From the sequence record NC_048182.1: 64,000 bases of DNA. One strand, 5' to 3'. The notes below the pieces were generated by a model. That model did not search any database. It saw only the letters and a list, made by a program, of their open reading frames with translations, and had not been told where the DNA came from. A program made the translations under genes and the position numbers. The stretch's first letter is position 1. Every line of letters starts with the position of its first letter. Of this stretch, positions 38,145-48,724 are shown piece by piece.

Positions 38145-39470
38145 ATGTTAGGAATTGATTTCGCTAAGGTCCCGGCCGGACTTACTGGAATCTCAGGTAT
38201 GGAGTTCATGGATTATCAAAACCCTGACCTCTATAATGAGCTTCGTGTAGTCTTTGCTAAATATATTGGTGAAGATAATGTACTTAAGATAGACGATGCT
38301 GGCGAAGAACAGATTCAATCTATCGTCATGGCGCACACTGGTATGTTGGTTAACATCAACATCGGTGATGAAGTAGGTAACGCTGCTGTGGATACCGGAT
38401 GGTTCGCACCAGGTCACTTACTCAACATCAAGGGACTCGATCAGTGGTTGGCGGCTAAAGATACCAATATTGGTAAAGCTTTCAAAGCACTTAAAGTCAA
38501 TGTGTTAAAAGGATGGGTCGATACCTCAAAAGGTCGCGTAGGCGGTGACTTCTCCAAAATGGCTATTGAACTTTATGTTCAAGAACGTCTGAATATGTTC
38601 ATGCGTGAGAAGTTCCTGCAACGCTATAAATGTTCAGCTGCTGATGCATTAGCGATGATCGTTCTTCATGAGTGCGGTCACGCGTTTACTGGTTTCTTGT
38701 ATGTTGTTAAAACCTACATGGATTCCATGATGACACTGTGTGCTGTTCGTCTGATTGATGATAACAAAGTTTACGGTAAAGAACGTGTTACCGTTATTAA
38801 AGAAACTTTATCTATCCTTGAGTGCGATACTAAGGTAGACGAGAAAGATGTTGCTAAATTAGATAGCGAAGGTCTCACTATCTACTTCAATAAAGCCACT
38901 ACTAACCGTGACTATCGCCGTACCCTTTCTTTGGGAACAGCTGATCGTGGTTCTGAAGTCTTTGCTGACCTGTTTGCTATCCGTTATGGTGCGCCTAAAA
39001 TTCTGGTTGCGGGTTTAGCTTCTCTTCCTACATATTACAGTTTCTTCTTTACCCATTCGGTCATCTGGGTTGCGGTAACAGTCTATTGTGTTCTTGCAGC
39101 CGCTCCATTTGCAGCCTTTGCTGGCGTCTTCTTGATCGGGATGACTCTTCTGAACGGATTGGATGTTTTACTTAACCCAAACAGCACGTACGATTCTGCG
39201 TACCGTCGTCTGAAGAATATTCTTCGTGACCAGGTAGTTCGTCTGAATGAAGATAAACGTATCCCAGCTAAAGACAAAGTTCAGATGCTGAAAGATGCAA
39301 AAGAAATGGAAAAGATCGTTGATGAGCAAAAACCTTTCCTGGAAGGCACTGCTATCCAACGATTGACTGGATGGATCATGTCCGGTTCCGATTTCAAACT
39401 TCAGCAGTTCGAGCACTACAACGAAGAGTTGCTGGCCCATACTCTGTCACTTTATAAAGATGCCTTTTAA
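38145..39470 (+). CDS. Virion head protein with M48-like zinc metalloprotease motifs and membrane segment
   Basis: LHECGH, SEVFAD, long hydrophobic stretch (FFFTHSVIWVAV...GVFLIGMTLL), STYDSAYRRL. Confidence 0.6.
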   Translation: MLGIDFAKVPAGLTGISGMEFMDYQNPDLYNELRVVFAKYIGEDNVLKIDDAGEEQIQSIVMAHTGMLVNINIGDEVGNAAVDTGWFAPGHLLNIKGLDQWLAAKDTNIGKAFKALKVNVLKGWVDTSKGRVGGDFSKMAIELYVQERLNMFMREKFLQRYKCSAADALAMIVLHECGHAFTGFLYVVKTYMDSMMTLCAVRLIDDNKVYGKERVTVIKETLSILECDTKVDEKDVAKLDSEGLTIYFNKATTNRDYRRTLSLGTADRGSEVFADLFAIRYGAPKILVAGLASLPTYYSFFFTHSVIWVAVTVYCVLAAAPFAAFAGVFLIGMTLLNGLDVLLNPNSTYDSAYRRLKNILRDQVVRLNEDKRIPAKDKVQMLKDAKEMEKIVDEQKPFLEGTAIQRLTGWIMSGSDFKLQQFEHYNEELLAHTLSLYKDAF

Positions 39471-39480
39471 GGAATAAACA

Positions 39481-39906
39481 ATGTCCCATCTTGATCATAC
39501 CGTTAAGCTGAAACAAGAACTGATCCGTGAAGAGATCATGTCTCCAGAAGTTCAGGCAGAAATCGCTACCGGCGCTTACGTTAAAGCGCTGATTACTCAT
39601 GCATGCAAACACGACATGTGTGAAGACGAGCGTATCGCGTTCCACAAGTACATTCTGTCTTACTGGAATGAAACTACCCCTAACAAAGGTCATCTCATCC
39701 TGGCTCAGGTTGGTAACTTCTTCCGCTCACTGCGTAAATGCGTAGATGGTGTATTGACCGCTAACGAAATCAAGCTGGAAGTTGTCCCAGCTGTTAAAGG
39801 CGCTGGCGAAAAGAAATATGCCGAGCTGCCCGCTTACTCCATGCTGATCGAAACTCTTGTTGCCGATGCTGACAAGAAACTTCCTCAGTTTAAAGCAATC
39901 AACTAA
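39481..39906 (+). CDS. Conserved hypothetical protein (head gene cluster)
   Basis: 141 aa, AAGGA RBS, optimised codons. Confidence 0.8.
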   Translation: MSHLDHTVKLKQELIREEIMSPEVQAEIATGAYVKALITHACKHDMCEDERIAFHKYILSYWNETTPNKGHLILAQVGNFFRSLRKCVDGVLTANEIKLEVVPAVKGAGEKKYAELPAYSMLIETLVADADKKLPQFKAIN

Positions 39907-39920
39907 TAAAGAGAATCGTC

Positions 39921-41486
39921 ATGTCCGAAGAAACCAAACAACGTACTGACGATGAATCCGTAGAGCTGGGGTCTGTACTCCAGCTTTCTCCTCACACGCC
40001 AACTACTCGTGAAGCCGCAGTAGAACAGCCTGAGGATGGTAAAGGATTTATCTCTTTAGATGAAGTTTATGAAAAGGGCGGATTAGAAGCATTCTCCGTT
40101 CTGGGTAATAACTGTAAACAGTTTATGGATACCCGACGTTTATCTGCTGCTGGGATGACTGTATTAAAACTGAGCGGTTGTGAAAGCTTCATGCCTGGCT
40201 TTGACCGTCAGAATGCTATCATGGGCGGAGAGAGCTTTGTAGACTCCCTGAAGAAAGGCTTTATGGTTGTTATTAAAGCCATCAAAACCATGATCATCAA
40301 AATCCTTGATTGGGTGGTTAATAAAGTCCGTGTAATGCTGGGCTTTGAAAAGACAGAAAAAGAACTGGCTATCATCGCAGAGAAAACCGATGAAGCGCAA
40401 GGTTCTTTAAGTCGAGTCTTAACCAAGATCACTGAAGGTGTGGATTTCAAATGGGACTTTAAAGAGTTCTATGCTGATCTTCCAAGTAACGTGACTTCAG
40501 GCGAACTGTTCAATATCGTTTATGCACGTAACCGTAATACCAAAGAACAGATTGAGAAACTCTCTCAGTCCAAGTCTCTTATCGGTGAAGCCAACCGTGT
40601 ATTGATGTCTGCTGGTCAAACAGCACGACGTGCTCGCTCTATCTACAAAGAAGCGGTGAACGATCTCCGTATCGCGTTTGACGGTGGTAACTTCTCTCAG
40701 GCTGATGTGATTAAATTCCGTAACACTCTGGAATCAGAAGTGGCGGGATCTTTGAACCCAACTGAGATGAACAAAATCACTGAACGTCTCCTGACCGAAA
40801 TCTATAACCTGGACCTTAAAGGAACCGGTATCGATTCGACCATCAAAGGTCAGATGGAGAAGCTGCGTCAAGAGGTTAGTCAATCAGCTCCGTTTGTTAT
40901 CAATCCAGAAATGGTTAATAACATCATGGGACTCAAGAAGAACCTGGTCAACGTTATGGCCGGTCAAGCTGCAACGCGTTATGATCCAGAAGAGATGAAA
41001 CTCCTCAAAGATCTGATCAGCGTTCAAGATGCAGAGCTTCTTGAAGTGATGAGTACCAAAACAGCAGAAACGGGTTATCTCCAAATGGGGTACACTCAGT
41101 ATTCAGCAATCATCTCTGAATTCGTTCAGCGTGCTGATCTCCTGTCCAGTATCTTAACTCAGGTTAAGAAGACGTTGGCTTCTTTGGTTAAATGGACCAA
41201 TGACGTTGATAAGATCATGCTGGCTTATGTTGCTGGAGACGTTTCTAAAATCGTTTCTGCGCAAACAGAAGTGCTGGGTGACAAAGCCAAAGACCTTTAT
41301 CATGAAGGGACTAATAAACCAAACACTATCGTTGATTACGATAAGTTGTTTATTGCCCGTCATCCTAAGTTCTCTGCGGCAGTTACTGTGTGGCGCGCTG
41401 AAGGTGCTAACTTCTATAAGAAGTATGCCGGTGCGTTCCGTGAAGTTAACAAACTTCTGGCATCTATCGGTGTGAGGACGATCTAA
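39921..41486 (+). CDS. Large internal head/ejection protein of the paralog superfamily
   Basis: 521 aa; SGCES and GGE-SFVDSLKKGFMVVIKAIK motif shared with the paralogs. Confidence 0.7.
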   Translation: MSEETKQRTDDESVELGSVLQLSPHTPTTREAAVEQPEDGKGFISLDEVYEKGGLEAFSVLGNNCKQFMDTRRLSAAGMTVLKLSGCESFMPGFDRQNAIMGGESFVDSLKKGFMVVIKAIKTMIIKILDWVVNKVRVMLGFEKTEKELAIIAEKTDEAQGSLSRVLTKITEGVDFKWDFKEFYADLPSNVTSGELFNIVYARNRNTKEQIEKLSQSKSLIGEANRVLMSAGQTARRARSIYKEAVNDLRIAFDGGNFSQADVIKFRNTLESEVAGSLNPTEMNKITERLLTEIYNLDLKGTGIDSTIKGQMEKLRQEVSQSAPFVINPEMVNNIMGLKKNLVNVMAGQAATRYDPEEMKLLKDLISVQDAELLEVMSTKTAETGYLQMGYTQYSAIISEFVQRADLLSSILTQVKKTLASLVKWTNDVDKIMLAYVAGDVSKIVSAQTEVLGDKAKDLYHEGTNKPNTIVDYDKLFIARHPKFSAAVTVWRAEGANFYKKYAGAFREVNKLLASIGVRTI

Positions 41487-42139
41487 TGTTAAAAGAAGAA
41501 ATCATTAGCAAGATTGAACTCCTTGCCGAAGATCAGGAAAAGTACGAGAAGTTTAAAGACTACATCTTAGAGTTCTCTAACGCTCCCCGCTGTAAAAAGG
41601 GTGTGCTGGAATTCGTTCGTGATTTGTATAACTCACAGAACGTTGAAGGCTTGAGTGAGATGGCTATTGAGCTGTTCACTGATAAGAGTATGCGTAATTC
41701 TGAACGTATGCGTTATTGGATCTTTGAACACCCAATCTCTCTGGGGTACAATCAAGCGTTGAAAGATCAACGCGAAGTTGTGATGTGTGCGATTGCTAAA
41801 TACATCATGGATACTTCTGAGCGTATTCAGAACTCTGATTTGGATGACAAGGCTGAACGTCAGGTTTACCTGCGTCGTGCAGTAGCTCGTCTTCGTACTG
41901 TGATGGGAACCAAAACTCACATTGAGTTTGATACCCTGGACTGGGCAGAAGTTGAACCTGCTGATTATTACGATTACCTCTGTTCTTCATTGAGCGAATT
42001 GATCGATCCAATCTGTGATAAGCGTGTTATCCAAGAGTGGGCTGATTCATGGGGTGATTGCCAGAGCCTGTCACAAGTAAACATGCTGCGTTCTCTGCGG
42101 TCTTACTTGAACTATCTCGATACGTTCTACCAATACTAA
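41486..42139 (+). CDS. Conserved hypothetical protein
   Basis: 217 aa coupled to the upstream gene. Confidence 0.75.
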   Translation: MLKEEIISKIELLAEDQEKYEKFKDYILEFSNAPRCKKGVLEFVRDLYNSQNVEGLSEMAIELFTDKSMRNSERMRYWIFEHPISLGYNQALKDQREVVMCAIAKYIMDTSERIQNSDLDDKAERQVYLRRAVARLRTVMGTKTHIEFDTLDWAEVEPADYYDYLCSSLSELIDPICDKRVIQEWADSWGDCQSLSQVNMLRSLRSYLNYLDTFYQY

Positions 42140-42144
42140 CAAAC

Positions 42145-42183
42145 ATATTCCCTTACCCTTCCTTTCGGGAGGGTAAGGGTTAT
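42145..42183. terminator. Bidirectional terminator identical to 27696-27734
   Basis: Exact 39-bp duplicate at a convergent junction. Confidence 0.85.
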
Positions 42184-42186
42184 GTA

Positions 42187-45123
42187 TTATTGTTCTGGCA
42201 GGTGTTTACGGAACTGAACTTCAATATCTTCCTTGATAGAAAGATAACGGTCAACCGTCTGATCAATTACTTTACGCACACTGAAGCCATTAGTGGTATC
42301 AACGTTAGTAATAATCTCAACAGGGTTGTTCCCAGCCAATGCATTAACACGCACATCAATAAGATCAGTACCAGCGTTAGCACGCAGGTTAGTGATGATC
42401 TCAGATACAGAAACCGTATCTTGACGAAGCAGATTGTTAATGATGGTGTGGGAAGAACTGGTAAGGTTATCTTTGAGGTTCTCATTACGCAGACCTTCTT
42501 TGGTAAGCGTATAGATAACAGAGAACGACAGATCCGTTTTAAGGTAACGTTCAACAGACTCATCAATGATGACGCGAGTGAAGCCCATAGTAGAGCGAGG
42601 TTTAAACACAAGCTTGGTTTCATCAAGAGTAATAGCGTTATACGAATCAAGCTGGGAGATAACTTCATCTACAAAGAAGTCATCAATGCGATTCATATAG
42701 TCGGTATCGTATTCATCCTGAGATACCATATAGTTAAAGTCAAACGCAATGAAGTCAAAGTAATACTTCATCTTGCGTGGTTCTAATGGGATTGGCTCAT
42801 TTTGATCATCATACATGGTTTGGCCAGCGAAGAACCGAATAATCGGTTTACCATTACCATCCAGCATTGGATCACCTTTACGATGAAGCAACACTGCTTT
42901 GCCATCAACAATCACCAACTGGTTATTTTCGTATTTGAACACATCTTCTTTATACGTCTCAGGAATGTCAGTGGTGTACTTCTTATACTGAGCTTCCCCG
43001 ACCATTGGGCGGATACGAGTATAGAGAGATTCCAGAGGGCGAGCAAACTCCATGCTGTACTCGGTTTCAATAATAGCGATGTTAGTCGTATTAAAGAGTG
43101 TCTGGTCAATACGAAGATCGGAAGTAGATAACAGAGTTCCTGAACCACCGCCATAAGTGAAGATGAAGTTAGCTGTTTCGGTCAGACCAACACGGACTGT
43201 GTCCTGAGGACGTCCAAACTGATTAAACCCAGCCAAATCAATTTCATTGATATCACTGATGTCAAAACGAGAAGGCATGCGGAACTGCCACACACGTTCA
43301 CCATCTTCCTGTTTACCCAGCAAGGTCCCTTTCATGGTTACAGGAGAGTCACGGTCAGATCCAATACCAAATGCCAACTGGAGACCTACAGTCGCGTCAC
43401 TAAGCTGTTTATAGTTATCGCTTGACTTGGTTACCAGAGTGATGGTGTACCCTTCACTATCCGCAGTGGTATTGATTTGCGCAATACTTACCTGAAGGCC
43501 CAGGCTCGTGTTCTCAGCACGGAAAAGCTGATACTTGATGTCTGGCTTATTCACACGGTAAACACGCACCACGGCTCTGTCGCGCGTTGTATCGAACACA
43601 TACGCAAACGGGTTATAGACAAGTGTCTTGTTTGCTAAGGTATCGATCTTACCTTGGTTGGTTGAAGCCATCAAGGTATCGTAATCATGACGAGCAATAA
43701 GCTTAGGAGTCTGCTGAGTGATATCAAATACAGAACGTTGTAACAACGTCATGCGAGATCCATTATCAATCCCCCAACCAGTTCCAATCATCTCCTCCAG
43801 GGACGTTAGAATAGATCCAACATGTGTGCCGATAGAAGAGTTGAAACGAGTGGTTGAATCATCCTGATAAATCTTATCTTCCTGAAGAGGGAGATCTTTG
43901 GTCACACGGTAAAGACGTCCGGTCACAAAGTCGATTGACTTAACAGAAGAATATCCATTACGCAGCAGGAACTGAGACATGTCAGAGTTGCTGACAGGAA
44001 TCAGACGTTTACGATGTCCATAGATAATCATGTCTTTGATTTCTTGGAATGTAGATGCGTTACGACCACCGGTGATTGGCTCGATAGAATCGATCAATAC
44101 ATCATTAATAGTGGCGAATGGTTTTTCATACTGGTTAAGTGCACCACGATCATTAAAGTAATCGTAGTACTCGGCTTTATGATAATGAGACTTCAACGTG
44201 GTCAAGTCACGGTAATACTCACCTTTAGTGGTATACACCAGAACAGTTACACGTCCTACACCTAGACCGTTTTGGATATATACCGATGGGATTGAAATCT
44301 CAAAGGAGTTATCCGTTTTTAAATCAACAACCAAAGTTGGCTGATTAGGGTCGTAGATATCATTGTTAAAGACAACAGCCATTTCGTTACGGCTAGTATC
44401 ACCGTCAGCCGTAATAAAAGCTCGAACCGCGTAAAGGTTATCTTCATATTGAAGAGTCTCACGAAGACCAACAGCAATGTTAGAAGGACGGTTAGCGTAC
44501 TCTTTAATAGAGAGCTGACGAACTGGAAGATGAATAGCCATATAAGAACGGCGATCAATATCCATATACTCCACATCAGGAGTGTTCGTTGTCAGTGGGT
44601 TAAGCGGCGATTGACGAGCACTGTCATAAACAACCTGATACCCACCGTGGTCCATCACACGAATTTCAACTGCATTCTCAAGCAGGAACTGAATACCACC
44701 TACAGAAAACTCTGTGTCCGGTGGAATGACCAGCTTGCGATACGTGTTGTTCAAGTTACCATCCACTTCATCGAAACGGATAGCTACTGATTTTAATGTC
44801 TCTTCACTGATGATGAAACGGATTTTGGTTTTAGACGGATCACCGTAAACACCATACCAATCTTCATCAGACATGTTGCGAGACAGGTCACCAATGTTGC
44901 GAGCATGTTTCTCAAAGCTTTTAGCTTCGGTATCGCCCAGAGTGGAAATAAATCCATATCCAGTTGCCACAACAAGATCGACCATGTATGCGAAAGGATG
45001 ACTCCCAGAGTTTAACGTCCCACCCCCAGCCAAGAAAGCGGATTCAACATCGTTGAAAACCTTTGCTATGACACGGGAGGGGTTGTTAGACATTCGCGTT
45101 AGTTCATCGAAGTCCATTGACAT
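42187..45123 (-). CDS. Baseplate wedge protein (T4 gp6/P2 gpJ-like; phiKZ gp87-like)
   Basis: 978 aa; ITGGRNASTFQEIK resembles the gpJ/gp6 GG-x-E motif; beta-rich. Confidence 0.6.
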   Translation of the reverse strand: MSMDFDELTRMSNNPSRVIAKVFNDVESAFLAGGGTLNSGSHPFAYMVDLVVATGYGFISTLGDTEAKSFEKHARNIGDLSRNMSDEDWYGVYGDPSKTKIRFIISEETLKSVAIRFDEVDGNLNNTYRKLVIPPDTEFSVGGIQFLLENAVEIRVMDHGGYQVVYDSARQSPLNPLTTNTPDVEYMDIDRRSYMAIHLPVRQLSIKEYANRPSNIAVGLRETLQYEDNLYAVRAFITADGDTSRNEMAVVFNNDIYDPNQPTLVVDLKTDNSFEISIPSVYIQNGLGVGRVTVLVYTTKGEYYRDLTTLKSHYHKAEYYDYFNDRGALNQYEKPFATINDVLIDSIEPITGGRNASTFQEIKDMIIYGHRKRLIPVSNSDMSQFLLRNGYSSVKSIDFVTGRLYRVTKDLPLQEDKIYQDDSTTRFNSSIGTHVGSILTSLEEMIGTGWGIDNGSRMTLLQRSVFDITQQTPKLIARHDYDTLMASTNQGKIDTLANKTLVYNPFAYVFDTTRDRAVVRVYRVNKPDIKYQLFRAENTSLGLQVSIAQINTTADSEGYTITLVTKSSDNYKQLSDATVGLQLAFGIGSDRDSPVTMKGTLLGKQEDGERVWQFRMPSRFDISDINEIDLAGFNQFGRPQDTVRVGLTETANFIFTYGGGSGTLLSTSDLRIDQTLFNTTNIAIIETEYSMEFARPLESLYTRIRPMVGEAQYKKYTTDIPETYKEDVFKYENNQLVIVDGKAVLLHRKGDPMLDGNGKPIIRFFAGQTMYDDQNEPIPLEPRKMKYYFDFIAFDFNYMVSQDEYDTDYMNRIDDFFVDEVISQLDSYNAITLDETKLVFKPRSTMGFTRVIIDESVERYLKTDLSFSVIYTLTKEGLRNENLKDNLTSSSHTIINNLLRQDTVSVSEIITNLRANAGTDLIDVRVNALAGNNPVEIITNVDTTNGFSVRKVIDQTVDRYLSIKEDIEVQFRKHLPEQ

Positions 45124-45126
45124 ATA

Positions 45127-46206
45127 TTATTTCTCTACCCACCAAGTTAGTTTAATACCAGACCTTGTTCTTGCTTTACCATTCTCACCAACAACATCGG
45201 CTTGACGTGGTAATAGTAAAGGATAGGCACCGTAGTTATAAGTGATGTACTCTTTAGAGTTGAGTTCGCGATAATACTGATCACGATTCTCAGGACGAAT
45301 GCGTGGGTTATAAAGGAAGCTGTGTTCATTGAACGCTTGAATCAAACCCCATTCATCCTGGCGCTGTCCTACAGAACTGAACTGTACAGTAAAGTCATCC
45401 TGCCCTTCACCGCGCAAGTTAGTCCCTGAGTTATCAATCGTCGCAATCGAACCCGCAGGGTATGTCACTGGGATAGACTGAACAGAAGCAAAGATGTGTT
45501 CCAGGAACTCACTGTCTTTGTTCATGATAAGGTGATAAATACGGCAATCGTAATCAATACGGTTACCCATTAGGTATTCATCACGCGGACCTACCTGACG
45601 GTCGCCGGAAACAACCTCAGAGATGTAGTCTTCCCAAATCTGGAACAGACCTTGAATCACTGAAGGTTTAGGGTTATAGTACGCTTGTTGAATTGTGAAA
45701 CTACCATTCTCTTCAAGCTTACTTGATACACGTTGATAAACCTGATCACGAATACCTGGTTCTGAGGTATCAATACGAATTTGTAAATCACCAAACCCAG
45801 TGGACGTTTTCAGGTATTCCGTTAAACAGGTAATAAAGGGTATCTTGTTATTAAGGAACAAAGGACTATTAGCAGCAGCCCAACGTTCATCTAACATCCC
45901 TCTTATATATCCTGCAATGCTGTATTGACCAGCTCCATAAAGGGATACCAGCTTCTCAGAACGACTGATGTTATCGTCAGTTAAGTTCAGCTGTGGGCGG
46001 GTGACCAGACTCAATCCTATGGTGTTATCAGCCATAGGCATCATTGCCGGGCCTTTACCTAAGATCCTTAATCCCCTTAGGGAGTTCATCAATGGTGAAG
46101 TAAAACCAGGAGAAGTACCCGCCAATTGGGCAGCATTAAAGATTTCCTGCCTCTTTTCTAGGTTCTCCCCTGAATAGTCTGTAAAATTATTTTCATTTTG
46201 ATCCAT
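45127..46206 (-). CDS. Baseplate/tail-tube-initiator-like virion protein (phiKZ gp88-like)
   Basis: About 359 aa upstream of the wedge gene; tube-like pattern (FQIWEDY...YDCRIYHL...FTVQF). Inference. Confidence 0.45.
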   Translation of the reverse strand: MDQNENNFTDYSGENLEKRQEIFNAAQLAGTSPGFTSPLMNSLRGLRILGKGPAMMPMADNTIGLSLVTRPQLNLTDDNISRSEKLVSLYGAGQYSIAGYIRGMLDERWAAANSPLFLNNKIPFITCLTEYLKTSTGFGDLQIRIDTSEPGIRDQVYQRVSSKLEENGSFTIQQAYYNPKPSVIQGLFQIWEDYISEVVSGDRQVGPRDEYLMGNRIDYDCRIYHLIMNKDSEFLEHIFASVQSIPVTYPAGSIATIDNSGTNLRGEGQDDFTVQFSSVGQRQDEWGLIQAFNEHSFLYNPRIRPENRDQYYRELNSKEYITYNYGAYPLLLPRQADVVGENGKARTRSGIKLTWWVEK

Positions 46207-46233
46207 AAACAAACCTCGAACGGAGCATATTTA

Positions 46234-47316
46234 ATGATTCCTCAACTTCTCTCATTTGGGACCTTGATGACCCAATTGGCTAATAACTTTGGGGTCGGGG
46301 CTAGCGTTGCAGCCGACGCTAAGAAAGTTATTGATGGAGCAAGCACGACATACAATGTTCTCACGACCGGCAGTCTTTCTGCTTCGGCCGCAAAGACTTT
46401 GATTGCTCCGATGGTAGCTATTGAAGACACGCTGATTCACGCTGAATGGGCTACGGACATTATGACCGTAATCAACATGCGCGATATCAAAGATGCACTG
46501 ACTCACCTTGCTATGCAGGGCCAAGTTAATGGCATCAAGATTAGTCAGTTGGTCGAATCTATCAACCCACGTCGTGCGGGCTTACTGGCATTACGCGGTG
46601 CAGAAGCTTTCGGTGTTACTGAAGGTTCTCGCGCAGTTTACGACGGTATGGAAGCAGGCGGTTCCGTTAAGGTTGGTACCGTACCTAACCTGAGCGAATA
46701 TACTCCTCTGGCCGTTGGTCGTACTGTAGAAGCATCCGTTATGCTTGATGGTACTCAGGTAACCTTCCCACTGAACTTCCGTCAAGTTCCAATGCCAATC
46801 TCTTCAAACGATCTTCAAACGATTTTCGAGGCAGCTCGCCCAGAAGACGGTATGTTTGCTCGTTTCATGATGTGGCGTGCTGGTGAACTGACTAATCCTG
46901 AATTCCTGATGGGTACTGACCAGATTAAGAAAGAGTTCAACATCCGTAAGGATGACATGTCTGGTTACTACGCCGAAGCTACAGATCGTGCAGCTAAGAA
47001 CCGTAAAGCAGCCCTGACTACTGGTATTGCATCTGTCAACACTCAGGCTAACACTATTGTTATGTCTGCTGACACTGCTCGCAATATCGAACTGGAACTG
47101 GGTGTTCGCTTTGATGGTAGCGGTATTGCTAAAATCCGTAAAGCTGTTCTGGCTAACACCATTGTGGTGTGCGATGAAGGTATGGGTATCTTCACCTTCT
47201 ATTCTTCTGCGACTAATATTCCAGAAGTTTATACCCGTCGCGAAATTACCGTAGCATCCAAGAAAGATACTTCTATGGATCTGCAGTCTCTCATGAAAAT
47301 GTTTGGTGGGCGTTAA
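46234..47316 (+). CDS. Internal head (inner-body region) protein
   Basis: About 360 aa; start after GGAG; RGAE and DGME maturation-like sites; first gene of the head cluster. Confidence 0.65.
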   Translation: MIPQLLSFGTLMTQLANNFGVGASVAADAKKVIDGASTTYNVLTTGSLSASAAKTLIAPMVAIEDTLIHAEWATDIMTVINMRDIKDALTHLAMQGQVNGIKISQLVESINPRRAGLLALRGAEAFGVTEGSRAVYDGMEAGGSVKVGTVPNLSEYTPLAVGRTVEASVMLDGTQVTFPLNFRQVPMPISSNDLQTIFEAARPEDGMFARFMMWRAGELTNPEFLMGTDQIKKEFNIRKDDMSGYYAEATDRAAKNRKAALTTGIASVNTQANTIVMSADTARNIELELGVRFDGSGIAKIRKAVLANTIVVCDEGMGIFTFYSSATNIPEVYTRREITVASKKDTSMDLQSLMKMFGGR

Positions 47317-47319
47317 TCC

Positions 47320-48195
47320 ATGATCATCATTAGCAAAACTCCAAAAATGGATGTGTTGGCAGCTATTGACCGTGAGCGTAGTCTTTGCCAGGGTCTGCTG
47401 GATACCATTCAGCTGCTTAAAGATTCAGGCACCGAAGCCGTAAACCGGGTCGAAGGTCTGGTCGAAAAGAATGCTGTCTTTAATAGCATTCAGAAAGAAC
47501 TGAAACGTACGATGAGTCCACGTGCTACTCTTCTGCATGAAACAGAAGAAGCATTGAAGAACATCGTTATGTGGCTTCCTAAACTGCGTGTACGCGTTGA
47601 GAAGTCAAAGAGTTCTGTGTTCGATAAAGAAACTATCTCCTTCCGTGAGAAAGGTGTTCTGGAAACGATCTCTTCCGTTAACTTCTATACTCGCTATGCA
47701 AGTATGGTTTATGACGTTCTGTTAACCCAGGCTTATAAAGAAACCCCAATGCAGTCTTACCTGTCTAAGGTTGACCTGCAGTTCATTAACGACACTGCCA
47801 AGTACTTCATGCACTTGACTGTTAAGTTCAATGATTCGGTTTCTAACCTGGATGGCATGATTGAAGACCTGTCTGAAGAACTGTATGACGAAACGTCAGC
47901 CGGTATTCTGAAAGGTTCTCTGGGTGACAAAGCTGTTTCCCTGCAAGGTCTGGGACCACATGAACTGAACCCACTGTACTGGTGGAAAGTTGGTGTGATG
48001 AAGAAAGATGTTTCCTCTATCGCTTCTTCTCATGAGAAGATCGAAATGCTGGCATCTAAAATCGCCCGTCTGAACAACCAACGTACTGGTCAAGAAGATC
48101 CGGCTCTGGAACGCGCTATTGAAACGTACCAGAACGAGATCATCAAACACCAGGCCCGTATCATGGACATTGAGGCCCGCTACAATGGCAAGTGA
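47320..48195 (+). CDS. Internal head protein, coiled-coil C-terminus
   Basis: 291 aa in the head operon; optimised codons. Confidence 0.65.
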   Translation: MIIISKTPKMDVLAAIDRERSLCQGLLDTIQLLKDSGTEAVNRVEGLVEKNAVFNSIQKELKRTMSPRATLLHETEEALKNIVMWLPKLRVRVEKSKSSVFDKETISFREKGVLETISSVNFYTRYASMVYDVLLTQAYKETPMQSYLSKVDLQFINDTAKYFMHLTVKFNDSVSNLDGMIEDLSEELYDETSAGILKGSLGDKAVSLQGLGPHELNPLYWWKVGVMKKDVSSIASSHEKIEMLASKIARLNNQRTGQEDPALERAIETYQNEIIKHQARIMDIEARYNGK

Positions 48196-48724
48196 GTTTA
48201 AATATCTGAAGTTCGGTCTAGCTCCTATTGCCCTGGACGTTGTGGGTAAAGGCAATGCCGAACAAGTATTTAAAAGCTTCCTCGCTTCCTATGATAACTT
48301 CCAACTGATCAACGACTCACAGGCTCACGCTGAAGTGTTCGCTATGGCTAAACGCTATATCGGAGCTAACTTCCGTAACTGGCTGATTGTGAACTTCCGC
48401 AATGGCGGCGGTGCACGTAAAGAGTTGGCTCGCAAGATCGTTGGGTTTATCAATGGTCGTATCTCTGGTCGTATGGTTATCAGTCAGATTAAGATCGACT
48501 TTAACCGTATTCAGAACCTGAGTGTCAAAGGGGAACCTATTACCAGTTCTGTCATCTATGATGAGTATGACTCAGCACGTGACAAGTGGTTGATAGAAGA
48601 TGTTGATTTCTCCACTATCGAAGATCGTCACATGTACGATTTCTTTGCATTGATCGGTCCTGAGCTAACAGCCAAATTCTGTTTAAGTATGGACGGTATC
48701 TTCTATGACCACAAGCGTGATTAA
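48185..48724 (+). CDS. Head-cluster protein
   Basis: About 179 aa from MASEF overlapping the upstream stop. Confidence 0.7.
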   Translation: MASEFKYLKFGLAPIALDVVGKGNAEQVFKSFLASYDNFQLINDSQAHAEVFAMAKRYIGANFRNWLIVNFRNGGGARKELARKIVGFINGRISGRMVISQIKIDFNRIQNLSVKGEPITSSVIYDEYDSARDKWLIEDVDFSTIEDRHMYDFFALIGPELTAKFCLSMDGIFYDHKRD

